Shown here: positions 19,669 through 28,933 of the stretch, piece after piece
How positions within the stretch are numbered: the stretch's first letter is position 1
How the letters are laid out: every line of letters starts with the position of its first letter
Assembly: GCA_965200315.1 (NCBI GenBank)
Contig: OZ241362.1
Location: 1,376,001-1,440,000 of the forward strand
Length of the DNA stretch: 64,000 bases
Direction of reading: 5' to 3'
From: Candidatus Latescibacterota bacterium
GTDB taxonomy: Bacteria; Latescibacterota; UBA2968; UBA8231
Made by a program: the position numbers and the translations under genes
The notes under the pieces: model-generated
Databases searched by the model: none
What the model saw: the letters and a program-made list of their open reading frames with translations, nothing else
Told to the model about the DNA's origin: nothing

Positions 19669-21849
19669 ATGTCCCGACTCATAGAGAACGATTTTCCGTA
19701 TGCTCGCCTTTCCGTGATTGCAGAGGCTGAATCGTGGAGAAAAGAGGTACATCGTCCAGTCTATTACATCCACAAGTGGTGGGCGCGTAGATTGGGATCT
19801 GTTTTTCGGGGTATTTTGCTGGGCGCATGTCTCGACGAAGGCGAGGACTTCTGGAAGTGCTTTTATGGGAAGAACGATTTTGCTAAAACTGTAATTTTTG
19901 ACCCTTTCATGGGGAGCGGAGTTACCATAGGAGAAGCGATTAAGCTTGGTTGTACCACTTTAGGCCAAGATATCAATCCAGTCGCGTATCTCACATGTCG
20001 CGCTGCCTTCACTAAGTACGATCCGTCCGAAGTCGTCGCAACATATCAACTCCTTGAGCACACGGTCGCCGCCAAACTACTGAACTACTTCGAGACACGC
20101 ACAGAAGAAGGTAGTAGGGCAACCGTACTGTACTACTTTCTCGTCAAGGTTGTGTCATGTCCACAATGCGATGAGCAGATCGACCTCTTTAAGTCTCGCA
20201 TTTTCTCAAAGAATGCCGTCCCGCGCAAAGACCCCAGTGCCAGTGCATTCTGCCCTAGTTGCGGTGCCGTTAATGCGACGCTCTACGATGCTGATTACGT
20301 GAAGTGCTCGGATTGTGGCACGACGTACAACCCACAACAAGGCAATATCAAAGGAGCGAAAGTCGAATGCGATAAATGTGGCCATACATTCCGCCTTGTT
20401 GAGCGGATGAAATCAATGCGTAGGCCTCTTGGTTATCGCCGGTACGCCAAGATGATCCTCACCACGGATGGACAAAAACGATACGCCTCTATGAATGCTT
20501 TCGATGACGCCCTTTTAGAAGACATCGCACAAGAGTTTACTTCCATCAGGGCTTCCTTTCCTCAGATTGCAATCACACCGGGTTACAATACAAACCAGAT
20601 TTTGAAGCACAACTACCGCTTCTGGCACGAGCTATTTTCCGACAGACAACTCCTTTGCATACACCACCTGCGGGAAGCGATTCGTCAGATTGATCACGCC
20701 GATCATAGACTCCTCTTTGCCTGCCTGTTCTCTGGCGTACTTGAGTTCAACAACCTATTTGCATCTTTCAAGGGGGAGGGAACAGGGGCCGTGCGGCACA
20801 TGTTTTCGCACCATGTCCTCAAGCCCGAAGTGATGCCAATTGAAGCAAATATCTGGGGTACGAGTAAATCGTCTGGATCGTTTTCCACCTTGTTTCGTTC
20901 TCGTATCCTAAACGCGCTTGCCTACAAGGCTGATCCAACGGAGCTCTACGTGACACCGGGAAAGAGCAATAAAGTTGGTGGGATTAACCAGCCTCTCGCC
21001 GTTTCGGTATCCAACGAGTTTGCCTTGTCCAAGAATGGGAACGACGCAGTTTACCTCGCTCAAGGCAATTCTAGTCGTACCAGTATTCCAGACCGCAGTG
21101 TAGACATCGTTGTAACTGATCCCCCATTCTTCGACAATGTTCACTACTCCCAGCTCGCCGATTTTTTCTTTTACTGGCTGAACCAGCTTTTGGATTATTC
21201 CAAAGCCGAAACGACGAGACGGAAAGACGAAGTCCAAGATACGAGTTCTGTTCTCTTCGCTAACAAACTGACATCCGTGTTCGCCGAATGCCACCGCGTT
21301 CTCAAGCATACTGGGCTTCTCGTGTTCTCCTATCATCATGCTCGGCACGAAGGATGGACATGTGTCCATAGAGCTATCCGACATGCCGGATTCGTATGTA
21401 AGCAGGCTTATCCAATTAAGGCTGAGATGTCCGTTTCCACGCCTCTGAAACAGGCAAAGACGCCGATACATTTGGACCTAATACTCGTCTGTGGCAAGGA
21501 AGAGAACGGCACGACCCCTCACGCCGCCAACGTCGACATTACTCATGTTCTCCGTAGTGCAGAGGATCAAATTCGCGCCCTCAAATCGGCTAATATATCC
21601 GTCTCACTCGGAGATGCGAAGGTGATTCTCATGGGGCACTTCCTATGCGAAGCCCACCGCCTGTGGAACTTAGATAAGGAAGAGACATTCCTTGCCGATA
21701 TTGAAAGACATATTGACGACTACGTATCCGACGTGATCAAAGTCCAAGGCGAGGTTCTATATACACAAGACCCCTCTGAACAATTGGTCCTTTTTGAAGA
21801 GATGGCCAACTATTTGACCCAGAGGGAAGAGTTCGGAACAAGGCAGTAA
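19669..21849 (+). CDS. Amino-DNA methyltransferase with Zn ribbons (DUF1156-like)
   Basis: HKWWARRLG, DPFMGSG (motif I), four CxxC pairs, TDPPF (motif IV). Confidence 0.88.
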   Translation: MSRLIENDFPYARLSVIAEAESWRKEVHRPVYYIHKWWARRLGSVFRGILLGACLDEGEDFWKCFYGKNDFAKTVIFDPFMGSGVTIGEAIKLGCTTLGQDINPVAYLTCRAAFTKYDPSEVVATYQLLEHTVAAKLLNYFETRTEEGSRATVLYYFLVKVVSCPQCDEQIDLFKSRIFSKNAVPRKDPSASAFCPSCGAVNATLYDADYVKCSDCGTTYNPQQGNIKGAKVECDKCGHTFRLVERMKSMRRPLGYRRYAKMILTTDGQKRYASMNAFDDALLEDIAQEFTSIRASFPQIAITPGYNTNQILKHNYRFWHELFSDRQLLCIHHLREAIRQIDHADHRLLFACLFSGVLEFNNLFASFKGEGTGAVRHMFSHHVLKPEVMPIEANIWGTSKSSGSFSTLFRSRILNALAYKADPTELYVTPGKSNKVGGINQPLAVSVSNEFALSKNGNDAVYLAQGNSSRTSIPDRSVDIVVTDPPFFDNVHYSQLADFFFYWLNQLLDYSKAETTRRKDEVQDTSSVLFANKLTSVFAECHRVLKHTGLLVFSYHHARHEGWTCVHRAIRHAGFVCKQAYPIKAEMSVSTPLKQAKTPIHLDLILVCGKEENGTTPHAANVDITHVLRSAEDQIRALKSANISVSLGDAKVILMGHFLCEAHRLWNLDKEETFLADIERHIDDYVSDVIKVQGEVLYTQDPSEQLVLFEEMANYLTQREEFGTRQ

Positions 21850-21939
21850 ATCGCGGTTCCGATTTCGGCACCGTTTAATTCGCCTATTCACGGTAGTATG
21901 TTGTCGAGCAATGTGCAACCAACAGAAGGAGATCGCCGC

Positions 21940-23826
21940 ATGGCCAATAATTTTTACGACTTGGTAGTAGAAAAGGACTTAATGGTGCCCATGCGCGACG
22001 GCGTCTGCTTGGCGACCGACCTGTACTTTCCCGCCCGCGATGGCCAACCCCTACCCGGCAAGTTCCCCACCGTCTTTCACCGCACGCCCTACGACAAAAG
22101 CGACGTCGAGCGCAACGGCAACTACGGCCGATTTTTCGCCCAGCGGGGGTACGTGGCCGTGTATCAGGACTGCCGGGGGACATTCCAGTCCGAAGGAGAT
22201 GTAAACTTTCTCGTGCCCGAGGCCGAGGATGGGTACGACGCCTTGCAGTGGATCAACCAGCAGCCGTGGAGCAACGGCAAGGTGGGGTCGTGGGGGACTT
22301 CGTGGTCGGGCTGGACGCAAACGGCCATGGCGGCGTTGGGGCCGACCAATCTCAAGGCCATGGTGGTCAATATGAGCGGGGCCGACGCGCACGAGTCTTC
22401 CGTGCGGCACGGCGGCGCATTGGAGTTGCGGTTTTTGGCGTGGGCGTTTTGGCATTCCGCGGCCAACACCCAGCGCACACTAAAAGCCGACCCAGCGGTT
22501 GACGCAGCTCTAAACTTGGGCGCGCCAACCTTTGCCGACTGGCTCGCGCGGATGCCGCTCCGCAAGGGACAGACCCAGCTCAAATTGGTGCCGCCCTACC
22601 AGCAGTGGGCGTTGGACTTGCTAACCAAGGCCGACTACGACGAATACTGGCAGCACCCGAGCTACTCACCAGCGCTCTTTTGGGACGCCTTCCCGGATGT
22701 GCCGATTCTGCTCATCGGGGGCTGGTACGATTCGTACACGCGCTCGACGTGCAAAAACTACATGGGGCTGACAGCGCGCAAGCAAGGACCGGTGCGGATG
22801 CTCATGGGGCCGTGGACGCACGGAACGCAAACTCTGGAGCAGAGCTTTGCCGGCGATGTGGAATTCGGCGAGGACTCGGCGCTAGACGACTTCCGCGACC
22901 TGCATCTGCGCTACTTCGACTGGGCGCTCAAGGGGGTTGATAATGGCGAGGCGAATGCACCACCCGTGCGGATCTTCGCCATGGGCGGAGGGGGCGGCTA
23001 TCGCAGCAGCAGCGGTCGGCTTTTCCACGGCGGGCATTGGCGCGACGAGGCCGAATGGCCGCTAGCGCGGACGCACTACACCAAGTACTATCTGCACGGC
23101 GACGGCACCTTGTCGCCGCAAGAGCCAACCACAGACGGCGATACAGTTTATCGCTTCGATCCAGCCAATCCGGTGCCCTCAATTGGCGGCAATGTCTCCT
23201 CGCTTTCCGAAATCGGCCCGCTGCCGCCGGGCGTGAGTACTTCCGCCAATGCGCCGTGGCGGGCGCGAGTGGAGCAATTGATGGAGCCGGGCGGGTTCGA
23301 TCAGGTGGAAGGACCGGAGTTTTACGGCTGTGCGCCGCCCTATCTACCGCTGGGCTCGCGGCCGGATGTATTGGTTTTTGCCACCGAGCCGCTGGTCGAG
23401 GATGTGGAGGTGACCGGGCCTATTGAGGTGGAGTTGTGGGTTTCGTCGTCAGCGCCGGATACGGACTTTACCGCCAAGCTGATCGACTGGTATCCACCGA
23501 GTCGTTGGTATCCGCATGGCTACGCCCTCAACCTGACCGACAGCATCGCACGCCTGCGCTATCGCAACGGGCGCGAAAAAGGCGAGCGGCTAACGCCGGG
23601 CGAGGTCGCCGAGCTGACGATCACCCTTTATCCAACGAGCAATGTGTTCGCCGCCGGACATCAGATCCGCCTCGACATTTCCAGCTCAAACTTTCCCCGC
23701 TTTGACGTCAATCCCAACACCGGTGACCCCATCGGCCAAGAGCGACGACGCCAAGGAGCGGACAACAGAATTCACCACAATGCGGCGCAGGCTTCGCACG
23801 TGGTGTTGCCGATTATTCCAACTTAG
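21940..23826 (+). CDS. CocE/NonD family hydrolase
   Basis: MRDGVxLATD, RTPY, GTSWSG nucleophile, GGWYD, GPWTH, ISSSNFPRFD. Confidence 0.93.
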   Translation: MANNFYDLVVEKDLMVPMRDGVCLATDLYFPARDGQPLPGKFPTVFHRTPYDKSDVERNGNYGRFFAQRGYVAVYQDCRGTFQSEGDVNFLVPEAEDGYDALQWINQQPWSNGKVGSWGTSWSGWTQTAMAALGPTNLKAMVVNMSGADAHESSVRHGGALELRFLAWAFWHSAANTQRTLKADPAVDAALNLGAPTFADWLARMPLRKGQTQLKLVPPYQQWALDLLTKADYDEYWQHPSYSPALFWDAFPDVPILLIGGWYDSYTRSTCKNYMGLTARKQGPVRMLMGPWTHGTQTLEQSFAGDVEFGEDSALDDFRDLHLRYFDWALKGVDNGEANAPPVRIFAMGGGGGYRSSSGRLFHGGHWRDEAEWPLARTHYTKYYLHGDGTLSPQEPTTDGDTVYRFDPANPVPSIGGNVSSLSEIGPLPPGVSTSANAPWRARVEQLMEPGGFDQVEGPEFYGCAPPYLPLGSRPDVLVFATEPLVEDVEVTGPIEVELWVSSSAPDTDFTAKLIDWYPPSRWYPHGYALNLTDSIARLRYRNGREKGERLTPGEVAELTITLYPTSNVFAAGHQIRLDISSSNFPRFDVNPNTGDPIGQERRRQGADNRIHHNAAQASHVVLPIIPT

Positions 23827-23835
23827 GAGAAACGC

Positions 23836-25002
23836 ATGATGGAACAATTGCAGTTAGCCCTCGTGGGCTGTGGAGGTATGGCCGGAGCGCATGTGCGTGG
23901 CTTGCACGAATTGGCACAAGCCGGGCTTGACGACATACAAGTGGTGGCTTGTTGCGATTTGGTGGAAACGCAGGCACAACAGCGGGCCGCCGAGATCGCC
24001 GAGTTCCAAAAGCACAAGCCGGAGGTCTATACCGATGTGGAGAGGATGCTCACGCACACAGAGGACCTAGACGCAGTGGACATCTGCGCCTTGCACTCGC
24101 AACACCACATCCTCGCCGTGGCCTGCTTGGAGGCGGGCAAGCACGTAATCATCGAAAAGCCGCTGGCGATCACCCTGTGCGCCGGCCGCAAAATACTCAA
24201 CGCAGCTGTGGATAACCGCTGTCAGCTCGCCGTAGCAGAAAACTACCGCCGCTCGCCGCAGGAACGGGCCCGATCTTGGGCGGTAGCCAGCGGCAGGATC
24301 GGCCAACCTCGCACTTTCTACTGGCAGGAAGCGGGCTTGCGGTTGGGCAAGTGGGGCTGGCGCAACTTCAAGCGCGACGCCGGAGCCGGTTGGCTCCTCG
24401 ACGGGGGCGTACACTTTGCCGATTTGTTCCGCTATCACTTGGGGACTGAGGCGCGACAGGTGATAGCGCGGGTGAACTCCTTTGAGCCGTATCGCTACGA
24501 CGAGCCGGTCGAGCGCGAGGGCGCTTGGCCAGTGGATGTGGAGGACTGCGCAATGGCACTGATCGACTTCGATAACGGTGCCGTGGTGCAGTGGACTTGG
24601 CAAGGTTCAGCGCCGGGACAGGATTTTAGCAAGCGCGTCCTCTACGGCAGCGAGGGCTGCATCGACTGGGAGAGCGGGCTGTGGACGCGCACCAGCGAGA
24701 ACACATCTAACGAGGCATTGGTCGAGGCTTATCAGAACAGCCTCACAGAAGACGAGCGCGAGCGGCTGTTCCCCGGTGGAGTGGAAAATCCCATTTCAAC
24801 CGAACTGAAGGATTTCGCCGATGCCGTGCAAGGACGGGGTACGCCCGAAGTCGATGGCTTAGACGGCTATCGCTCGCAGGCGATCTGCATGGCGATTTTT
24901 GAATCGCAGTGGTTTAATCGGCCGGTTAGTTTGGCCGAGATCGAGCGCGGTGACTTAGAGGGTTACCAAGCCGAGATCGATCAGGCGCTGGGCATTGATT
25001 AG
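23836..25002 (+). CDS. Gfo/Idh/MocA oxidoreductase
   Basis: GCGGMA, EKP, DGGVH. Confidence 0.92.
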   Translation: MMEQLQLALVGCGGMAGAHVRGLHELAQAGLDDIQVVACCDLVETQAQQRAAEIAEFQKHKPEVYTDVERMLTHTEDLDAVDICALHSQHHILAVACLEAGKHVIIEKPLAITLCAGRKILNAAVDNRCQLAVAENYRRSPQERARSWAVASGRIGQPRTFYWQEAGLRLGKWGWRNFKRDAGAGWLLDGGVHFADLFRYHLGTEARQVIARVNSFEPYRYDEPVEREGAWPVDVEDCAMALIDFDNGAVVQWTWQGSAPGQDFSKRVLYGSEGCIDWESGLWTRTSENTSNEALVEAYQNSLTEDERERLFPGGVENPISTELKDFADAVQGRGTPEVDGLDGYRSQAICMAIFESQWFNRPVSLAEIERGDLEGYQAEIDQALGID

Positions 25003-25479
25003 ACGGCGAATAACTATGATGGGACTCCTTGCCTTAGAGAGTGTGGATTGATTCGTTTCTGATGGACATCGGTCGCATCAATAGTGCTATTCAATCGTAA
25101 GTTTCCATAATCTCGCCAAGTTTTAGGCTGAAAATTATAGCATTATATCCGCGGTGTATCTTCCACAGAAACTTGTCATGTATGCTATAATTTTTGAATC
25201 GACGTACCTTCCAACCCACTTCGTATCGAAATCGTTCGGTCGTGTGTACCACGAATGGCCACTCATCACGCGACAACCAGCGTACCCCACTCGCTTTGAC
25301 AAAGCAACCCGGACTAAAGCGCACCCAATCGCGATAGATACCCTTGGCCGCAATCCGATCGCCTCGCGACGCTCAATCGCATCGTCCAAGCCAAAAACCA
25401 TCATCTCGACCTGAAGGGACCTGCCGAGGATGTTGAAAAGAGCGCCAAGAGTACGACTTTCTGTTTTGAGCTACCGTCG

Positions 25480-26304
25480 TTAGGCTTTTGTCTCTTCTAG
25501 ATTTAGGAAAAACTCCACATCGTCTAACTGCTGCTTAAGATGGGCTAGTACCTCGTCGCGGCTTTGCAAGGCCAGCAAGTCGTCGTTGACGGCAGGGGTC
25601 GCCGGGGCCAGCGTCTGCCAGCGCACGAGCAAGCCGCGTAACTGATGCTGTTGCGTAGCGGTAAATCGCCAGCGGGCGGTTAGCTCGGCGAGGGCGGGCG
25701 GGTCGGCGTGTAGTGAGTGAAGCTGCTGACTGAGTGCTCGCAGGTGTTCGCCAACTTGGGCAACCGCATCGAGTTGAGATTCTATTAACGCCTCCACTTT
25801 CTCCGCATTAAGCGTCTGATAGGAGGATTGCGGGTTGTCGGAGACGACCTTGAGGCAGTGGACCCGCTCGCTGGTGGCAAAGCGCTGCGCGGCCTCACAA
25901 AAGCCGCTGGCCTCCATGTCGTACGCAACGTCGCCAGCAGCCGGTTGCGCGCGATCAACGGTGTGTAGCAAGGTGGTGCGACAGGGCGGAGATGCGGTGA
26001 AGGTCGGATAAAAGGGCGTGCCGCTGGCTGCGTCCACGACCTTGTGCGCCAGCAGGGCGGTGCCCACCGCTTGGCTGCCGTGACCGGCGACGCCGATATT
26101 GAGCCAAGCCGCCGGCGCGTCCCCGAGCAGCGCGCGCAAATACGCCGTGGCCGCAGCCGCGGCCACTTTGCCGATGCCGGAGACAATCAGGTGCGTCTGC
26201 TCGCCCGCGCAGATGCGATAGGGATGGCCGCTCACGCCTTGGAGGCGGTGGAAAGCCAACAGCGGGCGTGCCTCGGCTGCGAGGGCGACGACTAAGCACA
26301 ACAT
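25480..26304 (-). CDS. Nucleoside phosphorylase family protein (PNP/MTAN fold)
   Basis: SGIGKVAAA, NIGVAG, DMEASG, KVVSD. Confidence 0.8.
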   Translation of the reverse strand: MLCLVVALAAEARPLLAFHRLQGVSGHPYRICAGEQTHLIVSGIGKVAAAAATAYLRALLGDAPAAWLNIGVAGHGSQAVGTALLAHKVVDAASGTPFYPTFTASPPCRTTLLHTVDRAQPAAGDVAYDMEASGFCEAAQRFATSERVHCLKVVSDNPQSSYQTLNAEKVEALIESQLDAVAQVGEHLRALSQQLHSLHADPPALAELTARWRFTATQQHQLRGLLVRWQTLAPATPAVNDDLLALQSRDEVLAHLKQQLDDVEFFLNLEETKA

Positions 26305-26609
26305 GAGGGCTAATATACTTAAAACAACGGGTCTGTTCCAAAGTGGGGGAGAGCCAATATCAATGCCGCACAGCGAACGCGAGGCGTCTATGTCATATTA
26401 AGGCTACCACACGGAGACTTGAGGAAAAGTGATCTCCACAAGTGCTTTTTCGGAGGTGGTACGCCGATTGTTATGATGTCCATAAATCCACCACTTTTAT
26501 CGGATCCTTTGGTTGAAGATACCGGCCCTGCATATAGCTGGGATTCGCATAGAGGGACGATCCCGGAGTCATCTTCAGGTTCGGGAGCGTTCCCAATACT
26601 TCAAAAATT

Positions 26610-27725
26610 TTACTCATTTAGGTACTCGAAAATTTTGCTCGCTAGTGCCTCTGCGAGAGGGGGTGGGACTGAATTTGCAACCTGCCGATGCTGGTCTAGG
26701 TTTTTCACAGTGCCCGTTCTACTGCGTATAGGTCCTTTTAGGATATACGAATCGGGATAGCCATGGATTCTCATGTATTCCCGCGGAGTGAGATACCTAT
26801 CTTCGCTGGGATGATAGAAAATTTCTCCACACCGCAATGTATTAGAGGGCCTATCCCTATGCAGCCTTAAATACTTTGTGGTGTCTTTTGATTTAAGTCC
26901 TCTAAGAAGTCCTTGACCTAAATGAGTCTGAGCGGCTAGGTATGACCCCTCGGGAACCTGTGCGATGCGTTCCCTGTCCCTATCTGGCGTTACATCGACG
27001 TGGCTATCCTCGCGGTCGTAGAAAGTAATTCCCCTAATTTTTGGTGAAGGCGTTCCTAGATTTTCAATTACGGAGCCGATACCGACATGAGGTTTATACG
27101 AAAACAATCCATTACATTCTTCTAGCGGGGCGTATGTTCGTTCTGGAAAGGAAAAGCCGTTTCTTTTCAGCGTGGCGATTACAAATAATCGCTCTCGCAG
27201 TTGAGGTACGCCGTAATCTGCGGCTAAAACAACTCTCCATTTGGAAGAATAACCAGCATTTTCTAAGGCTATTAAAAATTTCTCAAAAATTTCGCCTCTT
27301 CGCTGCTCGGATCCTTTTGATGAGAGAAGTCCTTTTACTTGCTCAACTAAAATCACCTTTGGTTCTAGCTCTTCGGAAAACCGAACAATCTCGAATAGTA
27401 ACATACCTCTCTCGTCTTTTAAGCCAAGTTGCTTTCCTGCTAAGGAGAAAGATTGACACGGAGGGCCTCCAAAAAGAAGATCGAGTTCGCCTTTCTCTAG
27501 GTGTAGATCTTTGCGAAGTTCGGCTGGATCGATCTCTCTAATATCTGACTCAATAATCCTAGTATCTCTTTTTTCGCGTTCTCTTGCTGCACGTAGTGTG
27601 TTGCAGCAGTGTTCATCTATTTCTATCTGTGCTAGAATATCGAATCCCGCATCCTGTACGCCTATATCCATTCCTCCGGCCCCAGAGAAAAGACTTAGCG
27701 CGTTATATCTTTTGGGACTGTTCAT
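26610..27725 (-). CDS. DNA (cytosine-5) methyltransferase, apparently orphan
   Basis: LFSGAGG, GGPPCQSFS, EQV (variant of ENV), QLRER, REYMRIHGYPD, NSVPP; strongly AT-richer than flanks. Confidence 0.95.
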   Translation of the reverse strand: MNSPKRYNALSLFSGAGGMDIGVQDAGFDILAQIEIDEHCCNTLRAAREREKRDTRIIESDIREIDPAELRKDLHLEKGELDLLFGGPPCQSFSLAGKQLGLKDERGMLLFEIVRFSEELEPKVILVEQVKGLLSSKGSEQRRGEIFEKFLIALENAGYSSKWRVVLAADYGVPQLRERLFVIATLKRNGFSFPERTYAPLEECNGLFSYKPHVGIGSVIENLGTPSPKIRGITFYDREDSHVDVTPDRDRERIAQVPEGSYLAAQTHLGQGLLRGLKSKDTTKYLRLHRDRPSNTLRCGEIFYHPSEDRYLTPREYMRIHGYPDSYILKGPIRSRTGTVKNLDQHRQVANSVPPPLAEALASKIFEYLNE

Positions 27726-27751
27726 TCTGAATTCACTCCTCCATCCTCATT

Positions 27752-27956
27752 GCCAGCGGGCGGTTAGCTCGGCGAGGCCGAGCGGGTCGGCGTGTAGCGC
27801 GTGAAGCTGCTGACTGAGTGCTCGCAGGTGTTCGCCAACCGCCCGCGCAGATGCGATAGGGATGGCCGCCCACACTTTGGAGGCGGTGGAAAGCCAACAG
27901 TGGGCGCGCCTCGGCTGCGAGGGCGACGACTAAGCACAACATGAGGGCTAATATAC
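27752..27956 (-). pseudogene. Internally deleted duplicate of the nucleoside phosphorylase gene
   Basis: 27752-27839 matches 25668-25755 and 27840-27956 matches 26202-26318 with a few substitutions. Confidence 0.92.
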
Positions 27957-28040
27957 CGGCTGGCCGCGCCTCGGCAACTTGGTTTGACCCTGCCTAAACA
28001 GGGGCCTAAGTTCTGCAATACAAACGAGAAAGGTCACAGA

Positions 28041-28910
28041 ATGGACAACGAATTTTTCAAGGGGCACGGCCTCGGCAATGACTACATTGCCGTCGATCCG
28101 GCCGCGCTCAGCTTTGAGCTGACGCCGGACAACATCCGTGCGATTTGCGACCGCCATTGGGGCGTGGGCAGCGACGGCATTCTCGCGCTGGTGCCGTCGC
28201 AAAAGGCCGACTTTGGCCTGCGGATCTACAACCCCGACGGTAGCGAGGCGGAAAAGTCGGGCAATGGCCTGCGGATATTCGCCCGCTATCTACACGCCAC
28301 CGGTCAGGTGCAAAAGCAGCAGTTCACAGTCGAAACGGAGGGCGGCCTAGTAAGCGTCGAGTTGCACATTGACGATCACGGCGACGCCAGTACCGCCACG
28401 GTGCAGATGGGGCGAGCGACGTTTGCGCCCGCGTCTCTGCCTTGCACGCTAAAAGCCGAAGAGTTGGTCGCGCAGCCGATTGAGGTCGGCGGGCAGACCT
28501 TGACCTTTACCGGCGTCAGCGTCGGCAACCCCCACTGTATCGTCTTTCGCGATAAGGGCGAGCAATGGACCGAGGACGAGCTGTGCTCTTTGGGGCCGGA
28601 GTTGGAAAATCACCCGCTCTTCCCCCGGCGCACCAACGTGCAACTCGCCGTGCCGGTGGGCCCTCACGCGATCTACATCCTGATCTGGGAGCGCGGTGCC
28701 GGTCAAACGCAGGCGTCGGGGTCGTCCGCGTGTGCGGCTGCGAGTGCGGCGGTGCGGTTGGGCTTGGTCAAAAGTCCGGTTGCGGTTAGGGCACCGGGAG
28801 GGACTTTGCACATCGACGTGAGCGCAAGCTACGACCTGACGATGAAGGGGCCGGTCTCCGAAGTGGTGCGCGGCGTGTTCAGCCCGTCGTTTGTGCGCGA
28901 ATTGCCCTGA
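28041..28910 (+). CDS. dapF: Diaminopimelate epimerase
   Basis: KGHGLGNDY, GVGSDG, NPDGSEAEKSGNG, GNPH, ERGAGQTQASGS; both catalytic Cys positions read Ser. Confidence 0.85.
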   Translation: MDNEFFKGHGLGNDYIAVDPAALSFELTPDNIRAICDRHWGVGSDGILALVPSQKADFGLRIYNPDGSEAEKSGNGLRIFARYLHATGQVQKQQFTVETEGGLVSVELHIDDHGDASTATVQMGRATFAPASLPCTLKAEELVAQPIEVGGQTLTFTGVSVGNPHCIVFRDKGEQWTEDELCSLGPELENHPLFPRRTNVQLAVPVGPHAIYILIWERGAGQTQASGSSACAAASAAVRLGLVKSPVAVRAPGGTLHIDVSASYDLTMKGPVSEVVRGVFSPSFVRELP

Positions 28911-28933
28911 GCGGCGCTTGGTAGCAGGCTGCA

